64,000 nucleotides of DNA from the NCBI RefSeq assembly GCF_024521635.1, contig NW_026250404.1, positions 2,170,001 to 2,234,000 on the forward strand. Direction: 5' to 3'. Positions within the stretch are counted from its first letter, which is position 1. Every line of letters starts with the position of its first letter. The translations under genes and the position numbers were made by a program. The notes under the pieces were generated by a model. That model made no database searches. It saw only the letters and a list, made by a program, of their open reading frames with translations, and was not told where the DNA came from. The DNA comes from Tricharina praecox. Taxonomy: Eukaryota. Shown one piece after another: positions 1-12,300 of this stretch.

Positions 1-973
1 ATATACGTAGGCTTACCATTTACGTACTCCGTCCCCGCAATTCCGCCCAGTGTCTACCAAACATACGTCCATAGCAAATGGTAATCACATACATAGACCC
101 ATTACTGCATTTAACGTTGAGAATTCCGATATCGGCCGGGAGTACTCTACTAACTATAGGTAGGGTGCAGACCGCTCATTGGAGATTCGGCGCAGAGATT
201 CGGCGCAGATCACTCGGTCAACGAGTGAGAGGCAATGTCGTCCCGCAGGTCCGCGGGTCCGCAGGTGGGGAGGTCGGCAGTGCGCGCAGTGCAGCGACAA
301 ACCTCAGCCCGCCCATCCAGCCGGAGTCGGTTCAAGGTATGTATGATCAGTGATATCTACACCGGATTGCACCGGACTTTTCGATTCCGGCCGAGCGGAG
401 CTATCGGTAGAGTATGTACGACTGCGGAGGGGGTGCAGTCTTACATACAGGCCAGGGGGGAGGGTTATGTATTGCAGTTTGTATGTAGTGGGCAGTGGGG
501 TCTGGCGAGCTTAGATTCTACTATATCTACCGGTACTCTTCATACTCTATGCACTGGCGGGATGGATTATGCTTACCGGTATGTAGGAGGTAATCTACAT
601 ACATGCTTATTGCCCAAGAGCTTGGCTGCCGACTACCTACCTGGTAGTTGCATGTATTATCCCCGTCCGCCGAAGCGTCAAACGTCCACTCGCTGCCTAA
701 GTAGAGTACCTAGAATGTAGGTACATAAAGAGATGAATCTTCTCTGCAGGACTCGCACATTCGCACAGTGGCACTCATGCATCTGCAGCCCTCCCTCCTC
801 CCCCCTAACGCAATCCCCTGCGAGTACTTTGTTCGTCTTTGTTTTCGTTTCCTCGTTATTCACGTACCGCCCACCAAGAATCCAAGACTATAGCCAGATC
901 CAATGCGCATACGGAGTGCAAATTATGTACCTACTGACAGCCCAGCTCGAGTGATCATCGTGACGCACCTCTC

Positions 974-1033
974 CCAATACCAATACCAATACCAATACCA
1001 ATACCAATACCAATACCAATACCAATACCAATA
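974..1033. repeat. (CCAATA)10 microsatellite
   Basis: Perfect hexamer tandem repeat read directly from the sequence. Confidence 0.95.
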
Positions 1034-3749
1034 CCTACCAATTCACCATACGTAGGTACGTACGTACGTAACTACCCCGCCAATACTCTACCTACCAGGC
1101 AGTTATCTCAATCTCCCGTAGCTAGTCCCACAAAACACCCGCTCTCCTCCTCTCCCCTCTCCTTCGCGAGTCGCATCGCGAGAAAACGGTACGGTATGTA
1201 GCATTAGAGTTTACATGGACCGGCCCCCGGGCTTGCTTGGGCTGCTGTACTCCACTCCACTCCACTCTATCTACCCTAAGCGCCTGCCCAGGTACTGTGC
1301 AGTGCACAGCCACTGCGTAGGACTACTACCGTGCTACCCAGTTACATACCACTATAAATTTCCGCGTTCGGGAATCTCGTAGCGCGCGCGAATCGATATC
1401 TTTATCTCTATATCTATCTATTGGATCGGTCGCGAACTCGCGGGCGCCACGATTTCGGCGAGCGAGAGGCGACTCAGCGAGGCTGCGAGAGGAGGAGGTG
1501 CGTGTAGAGTAGGTAGGTAGGGCAGTGAGCGGTGAGCGGTGAGCAGTGGGGCGGGTGCAGCGTGGCTGGTGGGATTTGAAGGAGCCATTGGACGTAAGGC
1601 ACCTCACCACAGTCTCGCATGCTGTTTTGCATGCTATGCTGTCGTTGCGTGCTGTCCTGTCCTGTGCTGTCCTGTCCTGCGCTGCGCCGCTGCGTTGTTC
1701 TAGCGGCGTTCGAGAGTCGAGAGCAAGACAACGGCGGTGCTCGAAGTTCAAACGGCCAGCCATTCGAAATCCGAACGTGCAGGAATACCGCTCATCGCAA
1801 CGGCTAATTGGAACCATTCAATGCTTTCTTCTTTCTTCTTTGTTCGCCCGTTCCGTCTCGTTTCGTTCGTTTCGTGCAGATCTTTTCGTGTACATACTCA
1901 GCCACGCCCTGTAGGCTGTAGGTTGTTTCATCGCCGCCACCACCGCCGCCTCTGTGCGATCCCTTCGATAAAATCATAAATCATAATCGTCGTCATGCTC
2001 CGCCCACCTCCCACCTCACTCCTGCACGACAGCGTAGGCGAGCGAGAGCTCGGATCCGGAGAGGCTGAAACCGCCACCGAAGCGGTCGCCGGTACCGAGA
2101 ATTCAGTTCAAAGGGTCGGCTGGATCATCGGACGGGGGGGGATCTGAAACCGAAGGATCATGGATTCATGGATGGATGACGTCCGGATGTTTCGAAACAA
2201 ATGAACGCAGATTGCAGGGCTGGGTAGGTAGGTAGGTGCTAGGTAGGTATTTGCGGATCTCGGAGCGGATGCGGGGAGGAGGGGACAGGGACGGGGATTG
2301 CGGATGAGAGTGTGTACATATGATCGATATCTGAGTAAGTGCTGGTAGATGGATAGATATCTCTCATCAAGGCAGCAAGTAATCATCAGATTCTAAACGA
2401 ACGAACGGAGCCCACTGCCCAGCGGGAACCCGCAGTCCCATGGCGCGCGCGCGCGCCGGGAGTGCCTAAACAGGGGGCCCGGCCGCCAGGCCGCCCGGTG
2501 GGTAAGTACCGGTATGTAGGCAGGTGTGTATCCATCAATCCTCGCAACTAACGCCGCGACCGTTTATATTGACGTTCGTATCCGATAGACCAAAACCCAT
2601 CAAGCGGAAAATGGGTGCCGGTATAATAGTAAAGTAGAATAGAGTAGGAAAGCGGTAAAGGCTGCCGAAATTTCTCTCCGTTGTTTTGTCGGTTGCCGTT
2701 GGGCCGGGGGATGGGGGATGGGGGATGGGGGATGGGGGTGTGTTGGCAAGGCCATCGCTCGCAGAGTCGCAGCCATCGAACAACGAACGGGTTCCTGCAG
2801 CACTGCAGCACTGTAGCGTAAATAGGTGCTGTGGAATGTCGTGGATCTCGCCAACTGCTGAGTGTGTGCCGCTGCAAACGATTGTACGAGCACCCAGAAA
2901 ACGGAGGAAGCCTGAAGGAGTCAGGACAACCAATCTTCGGGACGCTGCAGAGCAGCAGAGGTCGCTCAGGTCGGCGGAGAGGCTTTTTTGTCCGTTGCCA
3001 GCGTTGGCAACAGGAAGTCATCTGTGCATGTAACCTCAGTAAGTAAGTTTAGGTAGTTGTTCCAGACTGCGGAAGTAGAGTACCTACATAGACCAGAGTA
3101 CTTGCACCGACGAAGAATTCGGCGGCATCGATGCAGTCACAGGCAAGTCACTGCGCGCCACGTTTGTACATACGGTCACGGGTGCATGTGCTATCCCTTC
3201 ATCTCATGCTGCTGATGCTCCGGTGTTTGTCGGTGACTCGGTGGAGGAGTCGGTAGGTGTACCTTGACATGCCTAGGTAAAAGTATCGATGTAGTCAGCA
3301 GGAACAGGTAGAAGCCTCGGCATAGCACCTACAGCTAGAGTCTGGTACTTACCTGTGTAGATGCATTGCAACCTGCACTGTTAGGCGCATAAGCGGAGTA
3401 TCGCCAGGTCTGGGGGAGGGGGGAGGTGCCTCTGCTCCATGGACCATGGGTGGCTGCGTTGTACTGGAGCCTGGCGTTCGGTGCGGTAAAGGGAGTGCTC
3501 GGGCCTCGACTGGCACCCAGCCCTACCGGTATAGCAGGTACCGGAGGGCGCGGATATATAGTTTGTTCCGTCGATGCGGCGGTGCCGGTGCCGGTACCGG
3601 TATCGATGTCGATGTCGGTCCCAGGTATGCATCGGGAAGTGGGAAGCGGCCGAACCGGTCCGAGCGATTTCGTGGTTGGGAAGGGGAAAGAAACACAGCT
3701 CGTTATTCGAACGAACAGCTCCACCAGCAGCTGGTACCTAACTACGATG

Positions 3750-3785
3750 CGGGTTAATCGGGTTAATCGGGTTAATCGGGTTAAT
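3750..3785. repeat. (CGGGTTAAT)4 tandem repeat
   Basis: Four perfect 9-bp copies. Confidence 0.9.
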
Positions 3786-6700
3786 CGGTCAATTCCACTT
3801 ACCACCGCGCCCCAACATCTTCACCAATGTCACCAATATCACCAATATCATCACCATCATCTCCCTCACACAAGACGAAACCTCGGCCACCGAGCTTTGG
3901 ATTACCCCTCCCCATCGCCAGCTCTGTTCGAGAGCTGCTCACGAACCTCTCTGCAGTACTAACTATAATAGTATTATGCTATCATACTGCCGACGTCGGA
4001 CCGCGCGTTTCCTGAATATAACTCTGTATCTAGGTGGTTATTCCCTACAGTTCATCCCGCTCGCATCCCCCTCTCCCCCGTTGTCAGTCCGAGCACCCTT
4101 CTCGGTTAGAATCGCAATATCCAGTGAAGAAAGAGAGGCCTGCCAACAATCAACAATCTCCACAAGTCACATCGTCAAGTCGTCGACGTCTAGACCAGAC
4201 CGGCTCGAACAGCTCAACCGGGGGACATAAGGACATGGGAACAAGGACAAAAGGACACGATGGGGGGAAGACATCTGAACCTCTCAAGCTACATCATTTC
4301 TCATCCATCACTCTATCTTTAGACTTTGAGTCTTTGTTTGCCTGTGGATTGCGTTGGGAACTTATGGGAAGCAGCCAGTCGCTTCAGCCAGCCGTCGGAG
4401 CCGAAATTTCTTTATCAATAGAGTGTGGAGCGGAGTGCCGGTGACAGTTGGTCTACCAAACGAGCATCCTTAAGCTTCCAGGCTACCAGCTTCCAGGCTT
4501 CCAGCTTCCAGCGTTCGGTGAATGGATCATGGATCATGGAAGATGACAAACGTCCGTACAGTAGGTAGGCACGGTTTGTGATTGATGTCGATGCGCAAGA
4601 GATGTGTGTATGATACATTTATACCTATGATACCTACTTCCTATGATACGTACCCCGACTCTCCGAGTCTGCCAGTCTGCGCTCGCCGTTTACACGGTTC
4701 TGACAACACACCTAGGTCCTATGTAGGTCCTGGGCTCGAAAGTGCAAATTACAATTGTGCCCCCACTACAATTTTCATTATACATGCTATTCTTGCAGTA
4801 CAGAACTGTAATACTGACGTTATCCACACGGTTTGCAAGAAAGAAAGAAAGAAAGCGAAAAGATACTTCAGTCCGACTTGACTTGACTTGACAGATCATG
4901 ACCATGACCATGATAACCGTTGCTTCCGTTGCTTCTGTAATGCTGCTGCAGCCTGCAGCATATCTGCATGCATATGACAACGTGGTGGGCACTGGGCTGT
5001 GGGTGTGGCTTTGTCCGGGGTAATTCCAAATGGAGGAGACGAGAACGAGGAGCCTGAGGCGGAATTAAGAAAGCAGGAAAGAATATTCTGGGGCGGCGCC
5101 GTCAGACGGTCAGAACTTTTTTCGAGACAAAGGGTGCGCCCTGCTGCTGCTGCGCCGAAGATCCGGGTCTATGTATGTATGGACATTGGAGTCTATGGGC
5201 GACGTCGGTGCTTGCGAGTCTGCGACATGACAAAACACGGCTGGCTTTGTCTGTACGTACGCAGAGTACATTGCCTGCCTGCCAGCTACAGCCGCTCGTG
5301 ATCAGTTTCCACTGCCCAGCCTCCAGACTCCAGTGTCATCATTCAAGATCGCCTATTAAAAGATCTGCAGGGCAGGGCAATGGACATCACAAGCCACACC
5401 CCACAGACGCACGCACCCAGCATCCACCATCCACCATCCACCATCCACGCGGAAACCAGCCACACACACACATGCGGTGCGACTTCACCGGTGCACTCCG
5501 AACATAGGTAGAGCAGCAAGCCACCCCAGTGCCCACCCCGAAGCAAAAAGGAATTGTTTCATCCAAACATCCATCCCCCCCATGGGCCATCGCGCGGACC
5601 CTTGGGCCTTCAGGCTTCTGGCGGCGGTGGTGGCGGCGGTGGTGGCGGTTAATTTAAGGACAGCCGTGAGCGTGAGCGGCAGTGGTGGTGCAGGTGCAGG
5701 TGGTGTGATGATTGATCCCCCTCCCAGGCTTCCCTTCCGGGGCTTTCCCTTCCCTTCCCTTCCCTGCCCGCCGGGGTGCTGGCTGTTTCTTTCCCGCGTG
5801 CGGCGTGTGAGAGCGAGCGGCGCCGATCAGAGCGAGAGTTAGTCTGCGCTGTACCCAGGTATGTTTACCTAGGATGCCAGGTACTCCACTCTATGTGTGT
5901 AGCAGGCAAACCTCGCTTCTTTGCCGGGTACATAGGTGGGAGCCTGGGAGCCTGGGAGGGCCACAGGAGGCGGCCACTGGTGTAATCCATCCGATTGCCC
6001 GTTCTTCCTGGACAAGGCTCCAGCAGACGGAGCCTGGGGCGTGTGGCTTTGGCTTGACCGTTGACGGTGGAGCTGCGGAGGAGCAGAGGAAGGAGATGTT
6101 CGAGAAAATCCTGGGTGGTGATTGTTGGAGTGAGTACTGTGCTCCAGTAATCGGCTCCGCCGTATGTAGAATACTCCGACTGATCCGCAGTGAGTATCTA
6201 CCGCAACCGGGAGATTTCTGCGCCACACCTTCATGTTCGTGAACTGTGTGCCTACAGACAGATGCACACGGCAATCGAATGCCACTTCCCTTTGTCAGCT
6301 CTGTGTATGTGCAGTTATGTGTCGGGGGGTGGAACTGCACTCCTGTTGTACGGAAGGTATGTGTGTACGCAGATAGTTACCGGCTCCTGGGTGCCGCTGC
6401 CGCATTCCTAGATCCCTAGAGACTCTTCTGTAATACGGTACTCTGCTGCCAGTTGCCGAGTATTGCGAGAGAGTCGCTGACGCTTGCAATCTCCCAGTGA
6501 TGCCCAAATTAGCAACGGACAGCCTAAGTAGAGTACATCGCAGGCGAGAATGACTTGGTTCATACAAACGTACCGCGGAGGGATATGATGACAGGACTGG
6601 GTGGGTGGGTGGGGGATGTGCCAGGAGTGCTGGTTCCTGAAGAGTCGAGGGTGAGATGGTGAAATCCGTCGGCGATAGTGATTGTATGTAGTCGTGCTGG

Positions 6701-7499
6701 TGAAGTCGGTGAAGTCGGTGAAGATAATGAACAATCACTGTCGCCGAGCTCACCCTGCGAGGGACTGGATAATGATGGTGATGATTGTGCCGCGGGATAC
6801 AGAGCAGCACACACACTCTCGCATCAATATGTAGCTACAACAAAGACGACATCGTCAGCAGTACGTACTATTACCATTGACGAAGAAGGCTCTGTTGTGG
6901 CTCTTGCTTACTTTTCCTTCAGCAAACTACACGTCCACACAACACTCCACCGAGCAGCTGCACGCACACGCACGGTCCATAGCTGTATGTAGCTACACAG
7001 CCAGACCGTCCTCTCCATGTCCCCCCAAGACGGTCCATCGCTGTAGCCACACCGTGCTTGTCCTCCCAAGACGGTCCAGCGTATTTAGTGCCCCCCAAAC
7101 TTCATGGAAACAGGGAAGACGTGCACTGCACTGCCCTGCCCAAGGGCTAGAGCGAAGCCATCCTTGACATGCCGAGCCCACGGATCCGACCAACCACATC
7201 CAACCCACTGAACTCGGTGTGTGTGACGCTCTAAACTTGAAGGTCGCCCTGCCTTTGAAAGCCCAGCGTCCCACAAACCACAATTATAAGACACGCATAT
7301 AAGACATCCCTCCCACCATCCTCCAATCGTTCAGTCAACTCGAACTTCCTTCTTTTCCCGCCTCCCTTCTCCGTCGCTATAACCTCGCGTTCTCCCTCTA
7401 CTTTCCACAGTCACTCTCTACTGAACTTCACTACACCTTTAATTCTCCATCCCGCAACCAAAACATCACCCAACCTTCTCAAGACAAATCATACACAAG

Positions 7500-8410
7500 A
7501 TGCAGTTCACCGCTTTTCTCGCTGCGTCCCTACTCGTCGTTGCTGCCTCCGCGCAGAACGTTGAGAACCCCGAACCTGCTGCGGCTATCCTCGACAACCC
7601 CGTTGGTGTGAGGTACGTTACGTGTCGACGAGCTCCCGTCCCAATTCGCTGGCATTGAGTTGTCGCTTCCACCGGATACATCTTGCTGACATCTCTCCTT
7701 TGCTAGCTACTCCGCGACCTTCGATGGTGCCAAGGGTGTCACTGGTGCTCTCACCTTCGTTGCCGGTGCCGACGGCAAGGGATGTGACATCACCGTCAAG
7801 CTTTCTGGATTCGAGGGTGAAGAAGGCCCGTTCGGATACCACATTCACGACCAGCCCGTCCCTGCCGACGGTAACTGCACTGGTACCAAGGCTCACCTCG
7901 ACCCGTACGGTCGTGGCCAGGTCACCCCTTGCGACGCTACCAAGCCCGAGACCTGCGAGGTTGGTGATCTTGCTGGCAAGCATGGCAAGATTCCGGCTGC
8001 TGAGTATGGTATGTTATCGTTCGCTTCGAAGCCATTGATCGTTAGCTAATAATATCCCCCCAGGTGCCGTAGATTACAGCACTTCGTACAACGACCTCTA
8101 TGCTTCCACCAAGGAGGGTCTCGGTGCTTTCTTGGGAAACCGTTCTATCGTCATTCACAGGAATGACGCGAACAAGACCCGTCTTGCTTGTGTGAACATC
8201 GTCGCGGATGAAGTCACCGGCTACCCGTCTTCGACTGTCACCGCTGGACCCGGCACTACTGGATCCCCCTCCAACAATGCGACCAACACGACCGTGCCGT
8301 CGTCACCGGCCTCCCCCGAGGAGACCTTTGTCGGCTCCGCGTCGTCGTTCGGCATCAGCTCGCTGGTTGCTGTAGGAGGTCTGTTCGCCGGCTTGATGAT
8401 GGCTCTCTAG
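7500..8410 (+). CDS. Extracellular GPI-anchored Cu-only superoxide dismutase (SOD5-like); exons 7500-7612, 7707-8008, 8064-8410
   Basis: Spliced translation gives signal peptide MQFTAFLAASLLVVAASA, then FGYHIHDQPVPADGNCTGTKAHLDPY, CEVGDLAGKHG and GNRSIVIHRNDANKTRLAC, an S/T-rich stalk and a hydrophobic C-terminus. Both introns are GT-AG and keep the frame. Confidence 0.93.
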
Positions 8411-9774
8411 ACTGTGGTATGATGAATTCATTGGAGAAACAAGGGTGCTCAGGGATATGATTGGTTAGAGACAGTGTGTTTTTACAATGGATGAGATCGA
8501 TCTTCTAGAGTGCGATATCGGGTTGGGCCTGGAGTTTTTTCCTTCTTTTTTCTTCTTTTTTCCGTCTTTCTTCCTTTCCCTTTCCGCTACTTTTTTTTAT
8601 CCGTGTGTACAACTTCATCTGCCAGTTCTGGAGGTGGGGATTGTATCGCGTGGAGGAGGAGGGGTAGTCGGTTCGATTGGGGAATGGGAAGGAGGAGGGG
8701 GAAACTTCTTTGTGCATACCTTCATCTTCTTTTACCGGGCAGGCGTCATTTGTCTGTTTTTTTCTTTTTGCGTCTCTTTTTTTTTCTGGGCACTGGCAGC
8801 TCCTTTCATTCAACATTGCGGTGTCTGGGATACATTACTTGAGCAACTTAATTCTTAATATACGCACAAACTTGATTCCCTTGGCCTCACGAGTCACCGT
8901 TCGCATGATCGCTTCTTGATGTGAAAGTGCCCGAGAGAGAGAGAGCTCTCTCCTATCCCGTGTAATTAGGTGTGGGTGGTGGGTGCCCACCGACCAGTAT
9001 TCGCTGCCCAGTGCCCCCCAGTACCCAGTGCCGAGCCATCCACGCCGGTGGGGGGAGCCTGGAGAGAGGCTAAGGCAGGGGTTTAAGCTTGAAAGCCCCT
9101 ACCCACTCTAAGTAGAGTCCTAGTTAGAGTATCCACTCTATGGAGAGCACACATCCTGGCAGGCTGGCAGAGGTAAACAACAAGGACTCAGGAGCAGGAA
9201 GCCAGGGAGGCCAGCCATCGCGACCGGTGTGTATGTGCATATGTGCATATGTGCATATGTGCATAACTAACGGCTGTGAAAGGGTGAAAGGGGGGTGGGG
9301 CGTAAGCAGTGCACATCATCATCATCGAAGGAAAGAGGAGGAGGATGAAGATGGGAGAGGAGAGGAGAGGGGCATGAAGATCGCCGTGCGCTCTGGCTCT
9401 GGTTCCGACTGCGACTGCGATCGGCGGATGGTAGTATGGTACGCGTCAGCTCCCGACCGATTGACCGAGCGGCCGAGCTCCCGACTGACTGACTGACTGA
9501 CCGAGCGGTGGGTGGACCAGTGGACCGGTGGGTGGCTACTGCTTTGGTATAGCAGTGTTGGCAGTGTTGGCTCCGTGGGGAAAGGGGCACGTGGACGAAA
9601 TACGGTGCATGCTTGGGTAAGTACATTGTGTAGATACCCTGACTGTGTATTCTAGTTACTATTAGAGTAGATAGTGCTCTGGAGTCTATGTGAAGCATCT
9701 ACACACACACTTTGAATTGTAGTCAACGGGTATCTATTGTAACTATTGAAGGAGTCTCGGTCAGTGCCTGCCGC

Positions 9775-10144
9775 TGTCACGAGTCACGACCGAGTAAGTG
9801 ACTACGCAACGAACGACCGATTAAGCAACGAACGACTGGAACGACCGACTGGAACGACCGACTGGAACGACCGATTAAGCAGCGAACGACTGGAACAACC
9901 GACTGGAACAATCGACTGGAACAACCGACTGGAACGATCGACTGAACGGCCGATTAAGCAACGACCGATTAAGCATCGACCGACTCGATTACAACTCGTT
10001 ATGCACACAAGTCACACACTCGTTATGCACACTCGTTATGCACACTCGCTACACCAACCTTCCGCTTCCACATTTGAATCACGAATCACGGCTGGTGAGT
10101 GACGAGTCAAGCCTCCAGGGCTGAAGTTTGAACATCTTGTGACA
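9775..10144. mobile_element. Candidate solo-LTR/MITE-like relic containing a compound minisatellite
   Basis: Termini TGTCACGAG...CTTGTGACA (TG...CA, 8/9-bp inverted). Internal 13- and 15-bp tandem units. No clear target-site duplication. Confidence 0.35.
9808..9990. repeat. Compound minisatellite of AACGACCGATTAAGC (15 bp) and AACGACCGACTGG (13 bp) units
   Basis: About 12 degenerate units visible in tandem. Confidence 0.9.
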
Positions 10145-11230
10145 CGGCAACAAGCAAACATAATCCAATTTATGCACATTGAGTAGGTATGTACGCAATT
10201 CTGGAGGCTGGGAGCTGAGTGCGGGGTACTTCTCTACTTAGATACCGTCTGGTCGTGTTGTGCATAGGGCTGCGCGCGCTGGTTGGTCGGTTGGTCTGAC
10301 GGTCGGACGGACAGTTGGTTCTTGGGTGGAAGGCTGAGTGAACGGTCAATCGCGACGGTCAATCACCACCGGCGAACGTGATTGGCACGGTGTCAGGGCA
10401 CGATGTAGGGAGGCTGGAAGCGAGGCTCGAGATGCGGCTTTTTTTTTTGTTTATTCATTGATTGCGTGAGACATATCTATCTGGAGTATATACTCTAGAC
10501 TATGGCGAACCGCCGCCCTCCTTCTATTACTGTTGGAACTTGGTTGGAACTTGGTGGGCTGGGCTCGGAGACGAGTGACCTCTTGGGTGGAAGTGTGGAA
10601 CTTGGAAGAGGTTGGGAGGGGCTGGTAGTAGTTGGTATACCTACTCTATAGTTGGTATATGCTTTACTATATACAAGTAGGTAATAGCTGGTATCCATAT
10701 CGCGAGTTTCAACTTTCAACAGCTATTTACACATTGCACATTTTCATTCCACGCGGGACATGCGCTAGATATGCGGTAGTGGGCCACGAACAACGCCGTA
10801 GGAATGTGCCCTCTCCGCCGCATTCTCCACCGTCCGGCCGTTTCGCCGGGCCGCCGCAGGAGGGAGGGACACTGGGAGGGAAGCCGAGTAAGCGGCCTGG
10901 ACCGGAGTGCGGAAGTCGAGTGTATTTAAAGAGGATGAAACATGACACATGCGAGTGAGCAGAGTGCCTAGAGTAAGGGGCCTACATACCGTCCGGTGAA
11001 GCTGCCTGGGCCCTGCAGGGCACTGCGGGTATAAAGTGAAGATATAACTAGGAGGTATGTATGTATGTAGGTAGGTACCGCACATTGCGGACGGGACGGG
11101 CGTGTTGGCATGTTTGAACTTTGCACTCTATAACTCTATAACTAGAACAGTATCCCAGGAATCCAGGAATTCAATCAGCGATTCAGCGATTCGACGATTC
11201 AGCAGGACCTCAACTTACGTGTGACTCACT

Positions 11231-11473
11231 CGATATCGATATCGATACCTATTATATTGGTTGTAATAGTCAATGGTGCCTGCGCGGCTCAGAATCAGGG
11301 CTAGATTTCAATGTTGAAAGTTGGATCCCCCACCACGATACTCGATATCGGTACCTACTTTTGTTAAATAGTAATAGTGGCTGCCTGCGCGGCTCAGAGT
11401 CAGGGCTCGAGTTGAAGTTCAATGTTCAATATTCAATGTTCAATGTTCAATGTTCAATGTTGGATTCCCCCAC
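11231..11473. repeat. Diverged direct duplication (about 105-130 bp units)
   Basis: GATATCG.TACCTA...GTAATAGT...TGCCTGCGCGGCTCAGA.TCAGGGCT...TTCAATGTT...TTGGAT.CCCCAC occurs twice. Confidence 0.85.
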
Positions 11474-12300
11474 TCACTCATACGGGGTGGCGGGTGCTAG
11501 GTAGGTAGGTATCTATCTGGCCGATTAGCCGTTGGGAGGAAGTGCTCACCGGATGCACAGCTCGCGATTTCCAACCCTCCTGTGCCAGTGCCAGTGCCAG
11601 TGCCGGTGTTGGGTTTCACGGATTTGGTCATGAATTCCATAACTTGACTCCCCCCGCGGCCGACTGCCCGCCCAGCGCATCGTCTTCCACCATTCTATAG
11701 TTAGGTCATAGATGAGAGCTTGGAGCACCAGTCCTCGCACTTTCACGTTCGAATCTTGAATCTTTGTGGGCAGAGAAGACATGGGAACTAAATTCAAAAG
11801 GTTGTACTTAGCTACCCGCTTCTGTCAAGAGCTATCGACGGCGGGTTTTCTTTTTTTTCGTCGTGTTGCGTTCGGCCGTTTCAGGTGGAAAAAGGTAGAC
11901 ACCTATTTTCGTCTCCTCTCGATCCTTCTCAGTCCTGCTCAGTCCTGCTTAGTCTCCGCCTCGGTCTACTAGAGGAGCATTACTTGGGCCTGCCAGAGTG
12001 CTGTAGTGCGTGTGCGCATGTTTTATCAAAGGAATAGACGGCTCTGCTAGGTATATTAGAGCCGGTTTATCTTCTACTTTGTGTTTGTTTGAGGATTTAT
12101 CGGTGATCACTCATGCTTCGTGGGCTGATGTTCTCCAGCGCCTCGGTCAGATATTAACAAATTCGGCCATTCTACGCCGCCACACCTGCGACCAACTATG
12201 TCTGAGAAGCATCCGTCACGACAGCTCCAGGCGTGCGACTGCCGGCGATTGGCGTCGAACTCCCCGTATTCCCTGCAGCGTCATCGGCCAACAACAACTC

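Noticed and set aside
3750..3785. GGGTTA-containing repeat as a telomere or telomerase template
   Set aside because: The unit is 9 bp (CGGGTTAAT), has only 4 copies and is internal.
11700..11770. tRNA-like GTTCGAATC (B-box)
   Set aside because: T-stem mismatched, and no acceptor stem, anticodon arm or A-box.
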